Shown: positions 12,480 to 24,102 of the stretch, piece by piece
Layout of the letters: each line of letters opens with the position of its first letter
Numbering within the stretch: position 1 is the stretch's first letter
Source of the DNA: Carcharhinus longimanus
Lineage: Eukaryota
Direction of reading: 5' to 3'
NCBI GenBank assembly: GCA_030264375.1
Contig: JASCQW010000027.1
Coordinates: 76,141,640-76,205,639, forward strand
DNA length: 64,000 nucleotides
Position numbers and translations under genes: made by a program
Notes under the pieces: generated by a model
Databases searched by the model: none
What the model saw: the letters and a program-made list of their open reading frames with translations, nothing else
Told to the model about the DNA's origin: nothing

Positions 12480-12915
12480 TGGGCTGAATGGTCTCATTCA
12501 GTGCATTCATCAGCATGGCCTGGGTTTGATTCCTGGTTAAGTAATGGTCCAGAGTAATAAATCTCCATTCAGGATTTACTTCCTGATTGAAAAAAGGAAA
12601 CTGTGGAAAGAGATGGATAGATATAGGTTGCAATGTGCTAACTATAGAGATGGTGATGTAAAGGGCAGAACTTTTAGGGTGATGGATAGGAGATTTAGAG
12701 GTGAGTTGAGGGGAGAAACCTTTTTCACCCAGAATGTGAATACAACCTGGAAATCTGTCTGAAAGGGTGATAGGGCATTTAAGGTGAGCACTTGAAACAC
12801 CTTGGCCTACAAAATTATGGACCATCTGCTGGAAAATTGGATTAGAATAGATAGCCTCTTTATAGTCATTGCAGATATGGACCACTGGGTATCTTTCTTT
12901 ACTGTGAAACTTTGA
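12480..12915 (+). mobile_element. CR1 3' end fragment
   Basis: ORF2 C-terminus remnant RFRGELRGETFFTQNVNTTWKS plus 3' UTR. Confidence 0.65.
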
Positions 12916-13390
12916 CACAATGAGTGAGGGACTTGAATCTAAAACCTTCTGGCTTAGAACCAAGAGTGTGACTTCTAAGGCCATGCCTCATGTAGTACAA
13001 AAGCCACAGTAGCATTAAAGACTCTGATCATGTATTGCTAGTTGTAAAACTTAAGAATTGTGTAATGGTAAAGTTATTGCCTTATACCATTTCACATGAC
13101 TTCTGATGAAAACTACTGTCTGGTATGTATAAAGTAAAACCAAAGTTTCTATTATAGAAGTTTAGGCACCTCTAGTGCTAACTAGAGGCCTTTTGTTCTG
13201 TTTAAAAAATAGGTAAATATTTTAAGTTATAGGTGGCTTTTGTAATTGGATGAATTAAGGGGTTGAGATTATGAGGAAGGGTCAGATCAAACCTGGGATG
13301 GTATATAATGTCTCATCTTGAGAATTCACTGTACTTTCACACACCTGACCAAGGGACAGTGTTCCCGGGACGCGAGCCCGAGCGGCGGCC

Positions 13391-13455
13391 GTCTCCTAGC
13401 AACAGGCGTCGCCTAGCGACGGTGGTTTCTTGGCAACCAGCGGTCTCCAGGCGAC
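13391..13455. promoter_or_regulatory. Four tandem RFX X-box motifs upstream of the DRC1 ATG
   Basis: GTCTCCTAGCAAC (13391), GTCGCCTAGCGAC (13408), GTTTCTTGGCAAC (13425) and GTCTCCAGGCGAC (13443). All fit the approximate GTYNCY-N-RGYRAC X-box palindrome typical of ciliary gene promoters. Confidence 0.8.
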
Positions 13456-13537
13456 GGCAGCTACCACCCGCCCAGGCTGGCCCCCGGTTCAAGGACACGG
13501 TCCCGCTGAGGCCCCCGCTCGCCGCCCACCGCCCACC

Positions 13538-13662
13538 ATGTCTGACCCACTCGTACCCAAGGTCGAGGAGGAGAAAGTCCTCAGCGTGAATTCGGATGTT
13601 CCCGAGGAGAGGATCGCCGCCCGCCGGCTGCGGATCGCCGAGCGGCTGGTGGAGAAGAGACG
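13538..13662 (+). CDS. DRC1: DRC1 (dynein regulatory complex subunit 1, CCDC164) coding exon 1
   Basis: Kozak gcccaccATG. MSDPLVPKVEEEKVLSVNSDVPEERIAARRLRIAERLVEKR matches recalled human [26 protein letters not shown]. Donor CG|GTGAGA, phase 2. Confidence 0.93.
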
Positions 13663-14593
13663 GTGAGAGCGGCGAGGCGAGGCCGGCAGCTCCCTGGGTA
13701 CCGGGACTGAGCTGGCCCGCTCCGATCTGTCCTTCCATCCCCCGCCCCCCCCCCCCCCCCCCCCCGCNNNNNNNNNNNNNNNNNNNNNNNNNNNNNNNNN
13801 NNNNNNNNNNNNNNNNNNNNNNNNNNNNNNNNNNNNNNNNNNNNNNNNNNNNNNNNNNNNNNNNNNNCATCCCCACCCCCTCCCCCCACCTTCGCACTGC
13901 TTAGGAAGTTACTCGCCCCGTTCACTCACTAAAACTTTCACCAGTTCGCACTTTCAGCCTCACAAACAAAATAATAAAAAATCTAAACCCGCGAAGGCAG
14001 CTCCTGCTGGTTTCACTGATATGAATTTCCAGCCCCTTTCAGAGCATTAGGAAACGGGAGAACCACTAACCTTGCACACCCTGTCAGTTTTAACACATTT
14101 TAAAATATAAATAAATTCCAGTTCAGTTAAATTCAACGCAGAAATCCCCCAAACACCAGCAGGCATCGGTAATTAAGGTAAGGGGACTATTGTAAGGACA
14201 AAATCGTTAACGACACCTGGACCAACTGAGATACCAACAAAAATCTCCAAGGACAGGACAATAAATAGACCTGGCTCTGATTAATATTTCAGAAGTCGCA
14301 TGACTGAATAATACAAATATAGTATATGCAATGTGCAAAAAAAAAACAAAGGTGGAACTTCTGATCAGTTGATGTAGTGTATATTCTGCAGGAAATGCTT
14401 AAGAGCATGATACAGTGTGTAATTAAAGCAGCCGGATGCTGAATAGTACAGTACCATTTGTTTAGTAATATTAACTTTTTTTTGGAATTCTTCGTTGATT
14501 AAACAAACAAATTTAGTAGTTTTGACGTTCAGAAGGGATCTTAAAATATTGTAAATACGAAACATTAAACGTATTCTAGATGCAGTAAGTAGC

Positions 14594-14690
14594 CTCACAA
14601 CACCAAGTTAAAATCCAACAGGTTTATTTGTTGTGAGACTATTTACTGTGCCTACCCCAGTCCAACGCTGGCAACTCTACATCATATTCT
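14594..14690. mobile_element. Collapsed palindromic copy of the Penelope-like family seen at 470-769
   Basis: ctcacaacaccaagttaaaatccaacaggtttattt joined to gttgtgagact...actgtgcctaccccagtccaacgctggc. Confidence 0.6.
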
Positions 14691-16087
14691 AGATGAGATA
14701 TGTGCACAATAAGGGCGTATTAATGTAAAACATTTTAAATGATTGATCATTGAAATTTTCCAGTTAATATGATGCTATTTTTAACACGCCATATATTTGA
14801 TTGTAAGGCAAAATAAATTATCCTAACCACCATATAAATCTATGGCCACTCCTGTGCATATATATCCCTGATCATTTAAGGGCATAGAAAGAGGTTAGTT
14901 CCAAGCACTTTTAAATTTAGATGGTTCATAGTTCGTGAGTGGTTTTTTTTGTTAATTTAAGGGATGCGTGTCACTGGCTAAGCCAGCGTTTATTACACCC
15001 CTAATTGCCCTTGAGAATGTGTTGTATTTACAAGATAGAAGTGTGAATGAATAATAATATCCTGTTGGTTTGAATGTTTGTACGTGCTGTAATTTGATTA
15101 CTTTTAGTTTATTTTCATCAATATTTTCTAGTCTATCTAGTGTAGTTATTGCTTTATTATTTTTCGAGGTCTAAATGTACCATTTTAAATGTGATGAAGT
15201 CGACTTTTCACTTTGGGCGCAAATGGAATTATAGCAAAAACATTCAAAATTGTGTTGATCGTTGCAATTCAAGTTTCTGCTTAAATTTACTTACATAATC
15301 TCAAACAACATTTTCCAGTGCAATGAGGCAGTGTAACAGAATTTAGCTGCATAATGCTTCCCATTAAAAAGTATTCATTGGTGCATTTAAAAGAGGATAA
15401 CATATTGCTGTTCAGTTCAGTTTAGCTGAAAATAGGTTTAGCATCAAAAATAAGCATTTTGTGATAAGGATATATTTTTCTGCATCCATAAGCAATCTGA
15501 TTGATTGGTGCATGGTTAATTGCATATTCTGTATTTTGCAATCAATCGTGAAGCAATTGTGCTCAGTGCTGACCTCCAAGAAAGCTGATGATTTCTGCGT
15601 CAGACTTTCCCTTTTATGCTGTTTGTTTCACTGTAAGAATCTTTGAAAAAATAATGAAGTGTAATTGGGTTTTTAATGGCATACTAACTTTATAATGGCC
15701 ACTAACCACCTTCACTGCTCCTGCAAAGTTAATATATTTGTGAAAATGTCTCCACAGTAAGAAATATCCAACATTTTAAAACATTAAAAAATAAAGTTTA
15801 CATTTTAGTTTCTCTCCCAATTTGATCATGATCATCATCTTCACTACCTAGATTGAATTTTTAAATATCAGTCCTTTTAACTTCTTAGTTTGCTAAGAAT
15901 ACTTTAATGTGTTTGGTTACTTGTATCATTGCTGTCCCACACCCAGAGATCCCAATGACTTAATTCCAGATTTAAATTGACATTGGGAAAGGGGAAGTTT
16001 GTCACAGAAATTGCCAGTCCTTATGGGAAGCAGTGATTGCGTTCTGGGACTGCCTCAACAGCTCTGCCTCCTTTGTAGAAGGTGGCT

Positions 16088-16159
16088 ATGATGAAGGAAC
16101 AGCACTACGAAAACTTGTGGTTTTAAATAAATCTGTTGGACTATAACCTGGTGTTGTGT
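16088..16159 (+). mobile_element. Penelope-like terminal fragment with hammerhead-like core
   Basis: TGATGAAGGAACAGCACTACGAAAAC...aataaatctgttggactataacctggtgttgtgt. Confidence 0.6.
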
Positions 16160-17789
16160 CCTTTATAAAAGAGGAGAATCCCTGATGGCAATTTAAGGAT
16201 TTCAGTAGCACACGTACTGACTCCTGAGGTGGCTGTCAGTTTTAGTGGCGTAATGATATAGCACAATTTGAAGAGCCTTCACAATTGATAAAATCTTGCA
16301 ATTTTGACCTGGGGCGATGGCCATTTTACCTAGTGTGTGAATTAAATCTTGAACTGGCACACACATTTGTGGAAAACACGTACAAGCAGCTTTTGATGAA
16401 ACCCATTTAAAATTTCCAACTTTTTGTGTTAGTTTGACTGCATTGATACTAGCATAAACAAGTGAATGTCTGCCCCTGCATAGTTTGGGTTTCTTTCTGG
16501 TGAAATTTTGTGCTCATCTTTGTTCTTTCTTTGAATGTCTGCATTGGTGAACAGGATGCTTGTTTATTTTTGCTGCCTACTGTCGCCATCAAACACTCTA
16601 AGATCAGATATAACATTGGGGAAACACAGAGTGATGGGTGCCTTTATTTCCTGTTTTATTCCCATATTTTAGCATATTCTCTTCCTAGAGCCTGAGAGCA
16701 TGCCTTTCCATTTTCCACATAGCTCATCCTTATTGAATGAGATGAGCAGGATTAGTGCTTTCACTCGTGCATGTTCATTCCAAATCGGACCAGTAAAGCC
16801 AACAGAAACTGAAGTCTTTAATCTCACCAATCTTACTAGGATATAATCCAGGCACCTGAGATGATGGTCTGTGAATGAATGCTTTACTTTTAAGCATGTA
16901 ATGTTTTTCCCTGTGGCTGAGTTAGAAATCTCATTACCAGAGAGACCATCTAGCTGTGTATTACTTTTTACCACAGTTCGTACACAATAATTTTGTTCTG
17001 TCGAGCTTCATGATGCATATATTTGATAATGCAGTCTGTGTTGTAAGTTATCCCAAGTACCAGCTTCGGTCAATGTATTGATCTGCGTATTGGAATTTGT
17101 AATTTTCAATCTAAACAATAATTGGCTGAGATTTCTTAATCAAAAGCACCTTCAGTTTTCAATCAAGATTTGCCAGTATTAAATGCTGGAAGTTTCCCAG
17201 ATATCTTTATTGTTGGAATCCAGTTTCAGTAATCACATAAATTTAATTTCATATTTGGAACCAACTATCCAATGAACTAGAATGAAATATAAAATGTGCT
17301 CTTGAATATGGTTTATATATTGATTGTTATTGTACAGTAGCTTTCAAAGTAACATGCAGTTTTAATGACAAAGCAATGATTTTATTTGTGTAGTCGCTTA
17401 CCTTCTGCAGCATTTGAGATGTGTATATAATATTTCCAATTACACTTCAGGTTCTTTGGAGGTTAATTCCGTCGAGTATTCTCAACTGGCTTCACCTTTA
17501 ATTAAATTTTCTTGTTTCCATTGTTAATTAGTGTAATTGTAATTTTATTACATCAAAATTTCCATTACGTAGAAGAATCAGTTGATTGTTCCTGGTTGGT
17601 TGTGTGGAATAGAGAATGCAGTACCACTTGGATTTTTAATGTCAGCTTTGGGTTCCAAGATGAGAATTTAGCTATGGGATGTTGTTGATTGATAGATTAT
17701 TTTTATATTGCAGTATTTGGAATATTTTCCCAGATTTGCCTTCAGGTGTACTGAATTTCTTCTGCTGCACTTAGATGATCCAGTCATCT

Positions 17790-20520
17790 CTCCAAAAACA
17801 ATAACTTGTATTTAGATGGCAGCTTTAATGGAGTCTCATAATGGTCCACAGGAGTGGTATCAAACACAGTTCGACACCAGATATTACGATAGATGAGCAA
17901 GAGCTTCATCATAATGTTTTAAACAACATGTTAAAGAAGGAAAGAGCACTCGAAGGTGGAGAGATTGAGGGAGGGAAGAAGTCTAGACCTTACAGCCGTG
18001 ACAGCTGAAGACATAGTGCCAATCATGGAATAGATAAAATTGTGTTGTTCACAAGTCCAGAATTGGAGGAACAAGATTTCAAAGGGTTTTGGGGTTGGAG
18101 GAAGTTCTAAGGATAGGGAGATGAAATCCATGAAAGAATTTGAAAACAATGGTAAGAATTCTAAAATTTGCGTGTTGCTTGTCTGAAAGACTGAGTTTAG
18201 GGATGATGGATGAACATAGCTTGTTTCAAATTAGGACACGGACAGAGGAGGTTTGAATGACCTCAAGTTACAGAAGATGGGAAATGGGAGGCTTGCTAGA
18301 GATGTGTTGGAATAGTCAAATTTAGGGTAACAAAGACATGGATGAGAGTTTTAGCAGTGGATGAACTGACCAGGTCTGGAATTGGGCAATATGACACAGG
18401 TAAAATTAGGCAATCTTAGTGATGATATGTGGCTGGAAGCTCTCTTCAGAATCAAATGTGGCGTGAATGATGTGAATCATCTCAGACAAAAGCCAGGGAG
18501 AGCAATACAATTGGCAGGGAACGCTGTTTGTGGCGGAGGGTACAGAGATAATGGAGGAAACTATGTAGGCGGTGTAGGAGGTGTTGTGAATAGTTTGGAG
18601 GGATGTCAGAAGTTGCAGCGTGACATAAATAGGATGCAAGACTGGGCGGAGAAGTGGCAGATGGACTTCAACNNNNNNNNNNNNNNNNNNNNNNNNNNNN
18701 NNNNNNNNNNNNNNNNNNNNNNNNNNNNNNNNNNNNNNNNNNNNNNNNNNNNNNNNNNNNNNNNNNNNNNNNNNNNNNNNNNNNNNNNNNNNNNNNNNNN
18801 NNNNNNNNNNNNNNNNNNNNNNNNNNNNNNNNNNNNNNNNNNNNNNNNNNNNNNNNNNNNNNNNNNNNNNNNNNNNNNNNNNNNNNNNNNNNNNNNNNNN
18901 NNNNNNNNNNNNNNNNNNNNNNNNNNNNNNNNNNNNNNNNNNNNNNNNNNNNNNNNNNNNNNNNNNNNNNNNNNNNNNNNNNNNNNNNNNNNNNNNNNNN
19001 NNNNNNNNNNNNNNNNNNNNNNNNNNNNNNNNNNNNNNNNNNNNNNNNNNNNNNNNNNNNNNNNNNNNNNNNNNNNNNNNNNNNNNNNNNNNNNNNNNNN
19101 NNNNNNNNNNNNNNNNNNNNNNNNNNNNNNNNNNNNNNNNNNNNNNNNNNNNNNNNNNNNNNNNNNNNNNNNNNNNNNNNNNNNNNNNNNNNNNNNNNNN
19201 NNNNNNNNNNNNNNNNNNNNNNNNNNNNNNNNNNNNNNNNNNNNNNNNNNNNNNNNNNNNNNNNNNNNNNNNNNNNNNNNNNNNNNNNNNNNNNNNNNNN
19301 NNNNNNNNNNNNNNNNNNNNNNNNNNNNNNNNNNNNNNNNNNNNNNNNNNNNNNNNNNNAGCCTAGTAGGTAGGGATATGATTGGCGCAACTTGTGGGCT
19401 GAAGGGCCTGTTTGTGCTGTAGTTTTTCTATGTTCTGTCTACTGATTTTGGGTAAGGAATCTGCCAATTTAGAAATGGTGAATGGATTGAAAGAATTGGG
19501 TTGAGATAGAGCTAGATGTCATCAGCATGCATGTGGAAACATACTGCATTTTTAGATGATGTTGCAGAGGGGTAGCATGTAAATGATAAATAAGAGGTTG
19601 CCGTGGATAGATTCTTGAGGGACACCAAGAGGCAACCATGCAGGAGTTGGAAGAGAATCCATTACAGGTAATTTCCTGGCTATTGCAGTACTGGTAGTTA
19701 AGAATGGAAATGGGTGACAGAGAAAAGGTGTTGGTGGATGATGTGGTGATTGCTCGTGTCAAAACTTGCAGACATATCAAGAAAATTGAGGAGGGATAGT
19801 TTACCTTTGTCACAGTTACGTGGAACAATATTCGTGACCTTAAGAAGGGTCATTTCAGTACTGTGGCAGGAGTGGAAACTTGATTGCAGGGTATCAAATA
19901 TAGAGTTTCGGGAAAGATAGTCTTGAATTTAGGAGGCAAGAGCATTTTCAAAGACTTTGGAGAAGAAAGGAAGGTTGAAGTTGGGATGGAAGCTTGCATG
20001 GATGGGTCGATGTTTCTAAGGAGAGGAATAATAAGAGGTTTGCAGGAGAGGAAGTGGTATTTGAAAAGAGAGAGAATTGTTAACAATATTGACTAATATG
20101 ACAATCTGGAAGAGAGGTTGAATGATCAGCAGGCTGGTTGGAATAGGGATGGGGGAACATGAAGATGGCCTCATGAATAAATTGATTTTGGAGAGAGCAT
20201 AAAGGAATATAGGAGAAAAATAAAACATGAGAGTTCAGGGCTCAGGTAGGCTCAATGGGTTGTTGGAAGAGAGGGAAGTGGCAGAGGTAGCTGATCAGAT
20301 GGTTCCATTCTGAGTGACAAAACTCACAATTATGGTTAGTGAGATTGGAGGAGACTGGTTTAAAAAGGATTTGCAAAAGAGAAAAGAAACTAGAGTTACC
20401 TTTGCATTCCAGGATGATCCTAGAATAGTGAACTGATTTGGTAGATGAGAGCAAGATCCAATAATATTTTATGTAGTTGAGCCAGATCTGGCAGTGAATA
20501 GCTGGACCAATTATTAAATC
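17790..20520 (-). mobile_element. Degenerate L2-clade LINE interrupted by a CR1
   Basis: Minus-strand remnants resembling L2 RT motifs (QSxFxxxHSTE; PLxxII...HMxADDxQLYLS). The L2-type 3' tail lies near 17800. Confidence 0.65.
18560..19436 (+). mobile_element. Younger CR1 inserted into the L2, mostly gap
   Basis: VGGVVNSLEGCQKLQRDINRMQDWAEKWQMDFN before the gap; CR1 tail (gggctgaagggcctgtttgtgctgtag...ctatgttct) after it. Confidence 0.85.
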
Positions 20521-21369
20521 CATTCAAGTCTGTGCTTCTTGGAATTGAGGGGGTGCCCTACTTGGGGATTCTGGCTTTACCCGAGCATCCACTAGTAGAA
20601 GAGACTATGTTCCCCAGTCCGTGAAGGTCTAGATCCCTAGGGCCTGAGCATCTATTCCCTAGTAGGTGGCTCGTTTTCGGCAACCATGGGTGGTATCAGC
20701 CAAGAAGTAACGAGCTGCTCATGAAAGGTGCAATGGTGGCAATGAGCTGAATCTGGGGATAGGGTGGAGTAGAAGGAGGGCACGAGTGAGTGGCAGAATT
20801 GTTGAGTGTGTGTGTAATGGTAACTTTCAAAAGCTTTTAATATATCTTCGTTCATGGGATGTAGACTTTTTCTGGCAAGGTCAGACATTGTTCTCTAACC
20901 ATAATTGCCCTTGAGAAGGTGGTGGTGAGTTAATGTGCGGTCAAATTAGAAAATGTTTTCTGACGCACTGCTATAGTCCTTTGCTTCTCTTCATATTACA
21001 TACACTAACTGCACTGAGCGCTGAGGTCATTTTGGTGATATTAAATCAATGTATTTCTCCATAGTTTGATGGTAATGGATAGTAAACAAAGGAAAAAGTA
21101 ATGTTTCTACCCACTTGAAGTCTAATAATTCCATTTGGTGTTGCTGAGAAGTATTTGCATTTCACTACAGATCAAAAAGGGCTATACTTACGTGATTCCT
21201 TGGCACAAAAAAAAAATCAGACTTTGGCCTGAAGAAGTCATTTTGGCAAGGGTAAGAGGGATGTGGGTGGAGGAGTGGTACAAACAAGTGACAAGAGATA
21301 ACCTTACCTACGTTTTTGTCTGTTATATTTAAAAGAACCACACAACAAAGATCAAATCCTTTTTTCCAG

Positions 21370-21457
21370 GGAAGAAATGGAGAGACTTTATGGTGTTGAA
21401 GAGGAGGTCAAAGAGGATCTAGGAAAAGGCTGCAAGCAAGTTCTAGACTCACATCAG
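21370..21457 (+). CDS. DRC1: DRC1 exon 2
   Basis: ttttccAG acceptor; (R)EEMERLYGVEEEVKEDLGKGCKQVLDSHQ; GTCAGT donor; 88 nt keeps the frame. Confidence 0.85.
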
Positions 21458-22702
21458 GTCAGTCATTTAATGTTAACATACATCTGTCTGTGTTCACCCT
21501 CCAGCCTTTAGTTGGCTTTACCTTGATATTTTACATTCATTACTCAACCATAGCACATTGATTCTGCTGTGAGTGACTTTTATGACACAGAAAAAATAAA
21601 ATAACATGTATTCTGTGATGCAATGGATTGCAATTTTACCACCCCATTGACTTTGAATCTGTGGTACTATGTTGTCTCTGATAACACATTACTTTCTTAA
21701 ATAATTCTGCCTTGGCTAATGAAGTGGGTATCAGTTTTTTTTGCTTAGCCCATTCTAAACCTGCGTAGTGTAGGCCTGTGTGAGAAATTGTATTATACTT
21801 GACGGATATCAAGGTGGGGTTGCAGCCAGAATTTTTACTATAATTGCACAGCTACTGAAACCCTCATCCATGCCTTTGTTACTGTAATAGTGTGTGTCTG
21901 TGTGCGACATACCTGCCTAGTCTGGCATTCAGGGGGTACTTCACGTCACATGCCTGCACACTGTCCTGTTAGTACCCTGCAACGTTATCATGGTCTGGCA
22001 ACAAGGTGGGACTGTGCATCCCCTAGCCAAAAAAAAATTTGGGATGGTGAAGCTGCTAGCAAACTAGTAGAGGAACAGCTCAGAGCATGGCTGCTGACTG
22101 GGAGGAAATCAGGTGGCTGACATCTGACTTCCAGTTCACAAGCACCATGTGGAGGTACGACTGTGCTGCTTATATTTCCTCTTTCCCCTGGTGATGGTAC
22201 CTGCTTTTCATTCCAGGTCTGCCTTCAACAAGCATTCACCAATCCAATCTTTTCTCAAAGTTGACATATTTTCTGCCTCAAATACTAAATCTAAAGTGAA
22301 TTCCACATCCTCACAATTTTGTGTAAATAAATTTCTCTCTTTTCTAAATCTTTTATATTAATTTCTCCTTTAGTTGGCCCACAAATTCTCATTCAGTGAA
22401 GTGTTTTAAATTCTAGGGACTCAATATTTTTTCTTAATCTGTTTTAGTTAGCTTTACCTCCATAGAACTTCTTCCTGTTCTCTTCCATATTGCTAATTCC
22501 TTTCCTTGAAAAGACTCACCAAAATTAGCTCTTTAGCTATGTATTGTTTTCCCTCAAAGCTCTTCATGACTGTTTTGAATCTGCATCTCATTTGTAAATC
22601 TCCTTTATAAATCAAAGTTGTTCTCATGTCAGTTGTGGGAGATAGTGTTAGGGACTTTAGTTTGGAACCATAAGTGATTGATGGTTCTTTTAATTTTTGA
22701 AG

Positions 22703-22815
22703 CGATTGGTTACGCTCCAAAGAGATGGGACATCATTGGTCACGAATGTGCAAATTGCTGAAGACTCGAGGGAGATGCAGCGAAGAAACACAGAAAGAGA
22801 AATGCAAAAGCATAG
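22703..22815 (+). CDS. DRC1: DRC1 exon 3
   Basis: RLVTLQRDGTSLVTNVQIAEDSREMQRRNTEREMQKH(R), cf. human [20 protein letters not shown]; AG / GTGAGT boundaries. Confidence 0.92.
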
Positions 22816-23682
22816 GTGAGTTGGTTATATTATCTTTGCACTTTGCCATTTTTGCCAGCAGTAAGCTGATGTTTTGGAGTTGTTGATGAGAAAATAAATT
22901 TCCTCTGGATTTTTACCCTTTGGTGACAGTTGGGATGAAGTTCTAGAAGAAAAAGCGGGTAAGAGATTTTTTGGTGTAGTGGCATTAAACACAAGAGTTC
23001 CAGCACAAGTTCCTTGTTAGCAACCAGTAACACAAACCCAGCTGGTTATTTTCTCCCTTTTTGTTTAACCCTGGATGTTAAGATAAAGCTGCAACCGCTG
23101 CCCTAGTTTTTTGATATTGATTGACACAACAGACCAGTGATTGAATCTTTTATTGTCCAGGACAACACAGTGCTTTGAACCCTGTGACAGTCATTATGTT
23201 TTCTGGTAGTGACAACAAGAGCAGGACCTTTGAAGATTGCTACTCCTCTCTCAGCTTTTACAGTTCTATTGGTCACTTGTTTTGTATTATGTCAAGCTAA
23301 GGAACTGAATGCTTTTAACAAAGAGAATGCTGAATCTTTGTAGAATTGGGTTAAATGGGCAGAGCACCATTTTTTTTCAACAGAGGGTTTGACTTGGGTT
23401 TTCTTCATGATGAAGAAGATAGACCATCACTCAACTCACTATCCAGTCCACTCAGTGTATAATTGTTGTGATTCTATTGTTGCACCTCTTTTAGGTGCAG
23501 CGTTTCTTACTCTACAGAGACAAAAGCATCATTTTTACTGATATTACTAACAAAATGAGAAAGTGATATTTACCAAATGCACTTCTCTAGGAATCCAGAT
23601 TAGCTGTTAGGAAAGGAGACAAATGCCCATTTATCATACTTGATGTTTATGTCCTCTAAATAAATATTCTTCTGATGTACAG

Positions 23683-24102
23683 ATCAACTTCTCAGCCTTT
23701 TGGCTAAGGTCAAGTGTAGTATCGACATGTTGTGCGTGGTTGAAGTCATTAGGGTACATTTTAGCTTCATTTGAAACAATTTTTAAAAGCGGCATCTCCG
23801 CCTTTTGGCTAAGATGCAAATGAGATCAAGCCTTGGAGGAGGAGCAATGCCTACTCCAAGCNNNNNNNNNNNNNNNNNNNNNNNNNNNNNNNNNNNNNNN
23901 NNNNNNNNNNNNNNNNNNNNNNNNNNNNNNNNNNNNNNNNNNNNNNNNNNNNNNNNNNNNNTGCCTACTCCAAGCAGCTGGGATCATGTAGATCAAGCCC
24001 AAGACAAGAGGTGAGAGCCCTGCCTTGTCAGCTTGGATCGGGAATGTCTCAACTTGTTGAGACTCTGAATTGGACTTAATTGGAATAAAAAACAAAAAAA
24101 AA
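23683..24102 (+). mobile_element. U2 snRNA-headed short retroposon candidate, copy 1
   Basis: U2 nt ~1-40 (cttctcagccttttggctaaggtcaagtgtagtatc), then a non-U2 body shared with 63943-64000. A second U2 fragment sits at 23795-23815, a hairpin at 24046-24063, then AATAAA and an A-rich tail. Contains a 100-N gap. Confidence 0.75.

Larger units (their letters stand above)
13360..13940. promoter_or_regulatory. CpG island / DRC1 promoter and first exon
   Basis: Sharp GC- and CpG-rich island in an otherwise AT-rich, CpG-depleted window, overlapping the DRC1 start codon. Confidence 0.85.

Noticed and set aside
13391-13455. CRISPR-like or simple minisatellite interpretation of the 17-bp periodic repeats
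   Set aside because: Eukaryotic context, spacers of only 4-5 nt, and unit variation that follows the X-box consensus.
13337-13925. Minus-strand ORFs over the CpG island
   Set aside because: Stop-poor GC-rich shadow of DRC1 exon 1 that crosses a gap; no recognisable protein.
18382-19422. 346-aa ORF and other long ORFs containing X runs (25458-25836, 45921-46718, 8397-8711)
   Set aside because: Their length comes from N gaps; the real parts are CR1 or other repeat fragments.
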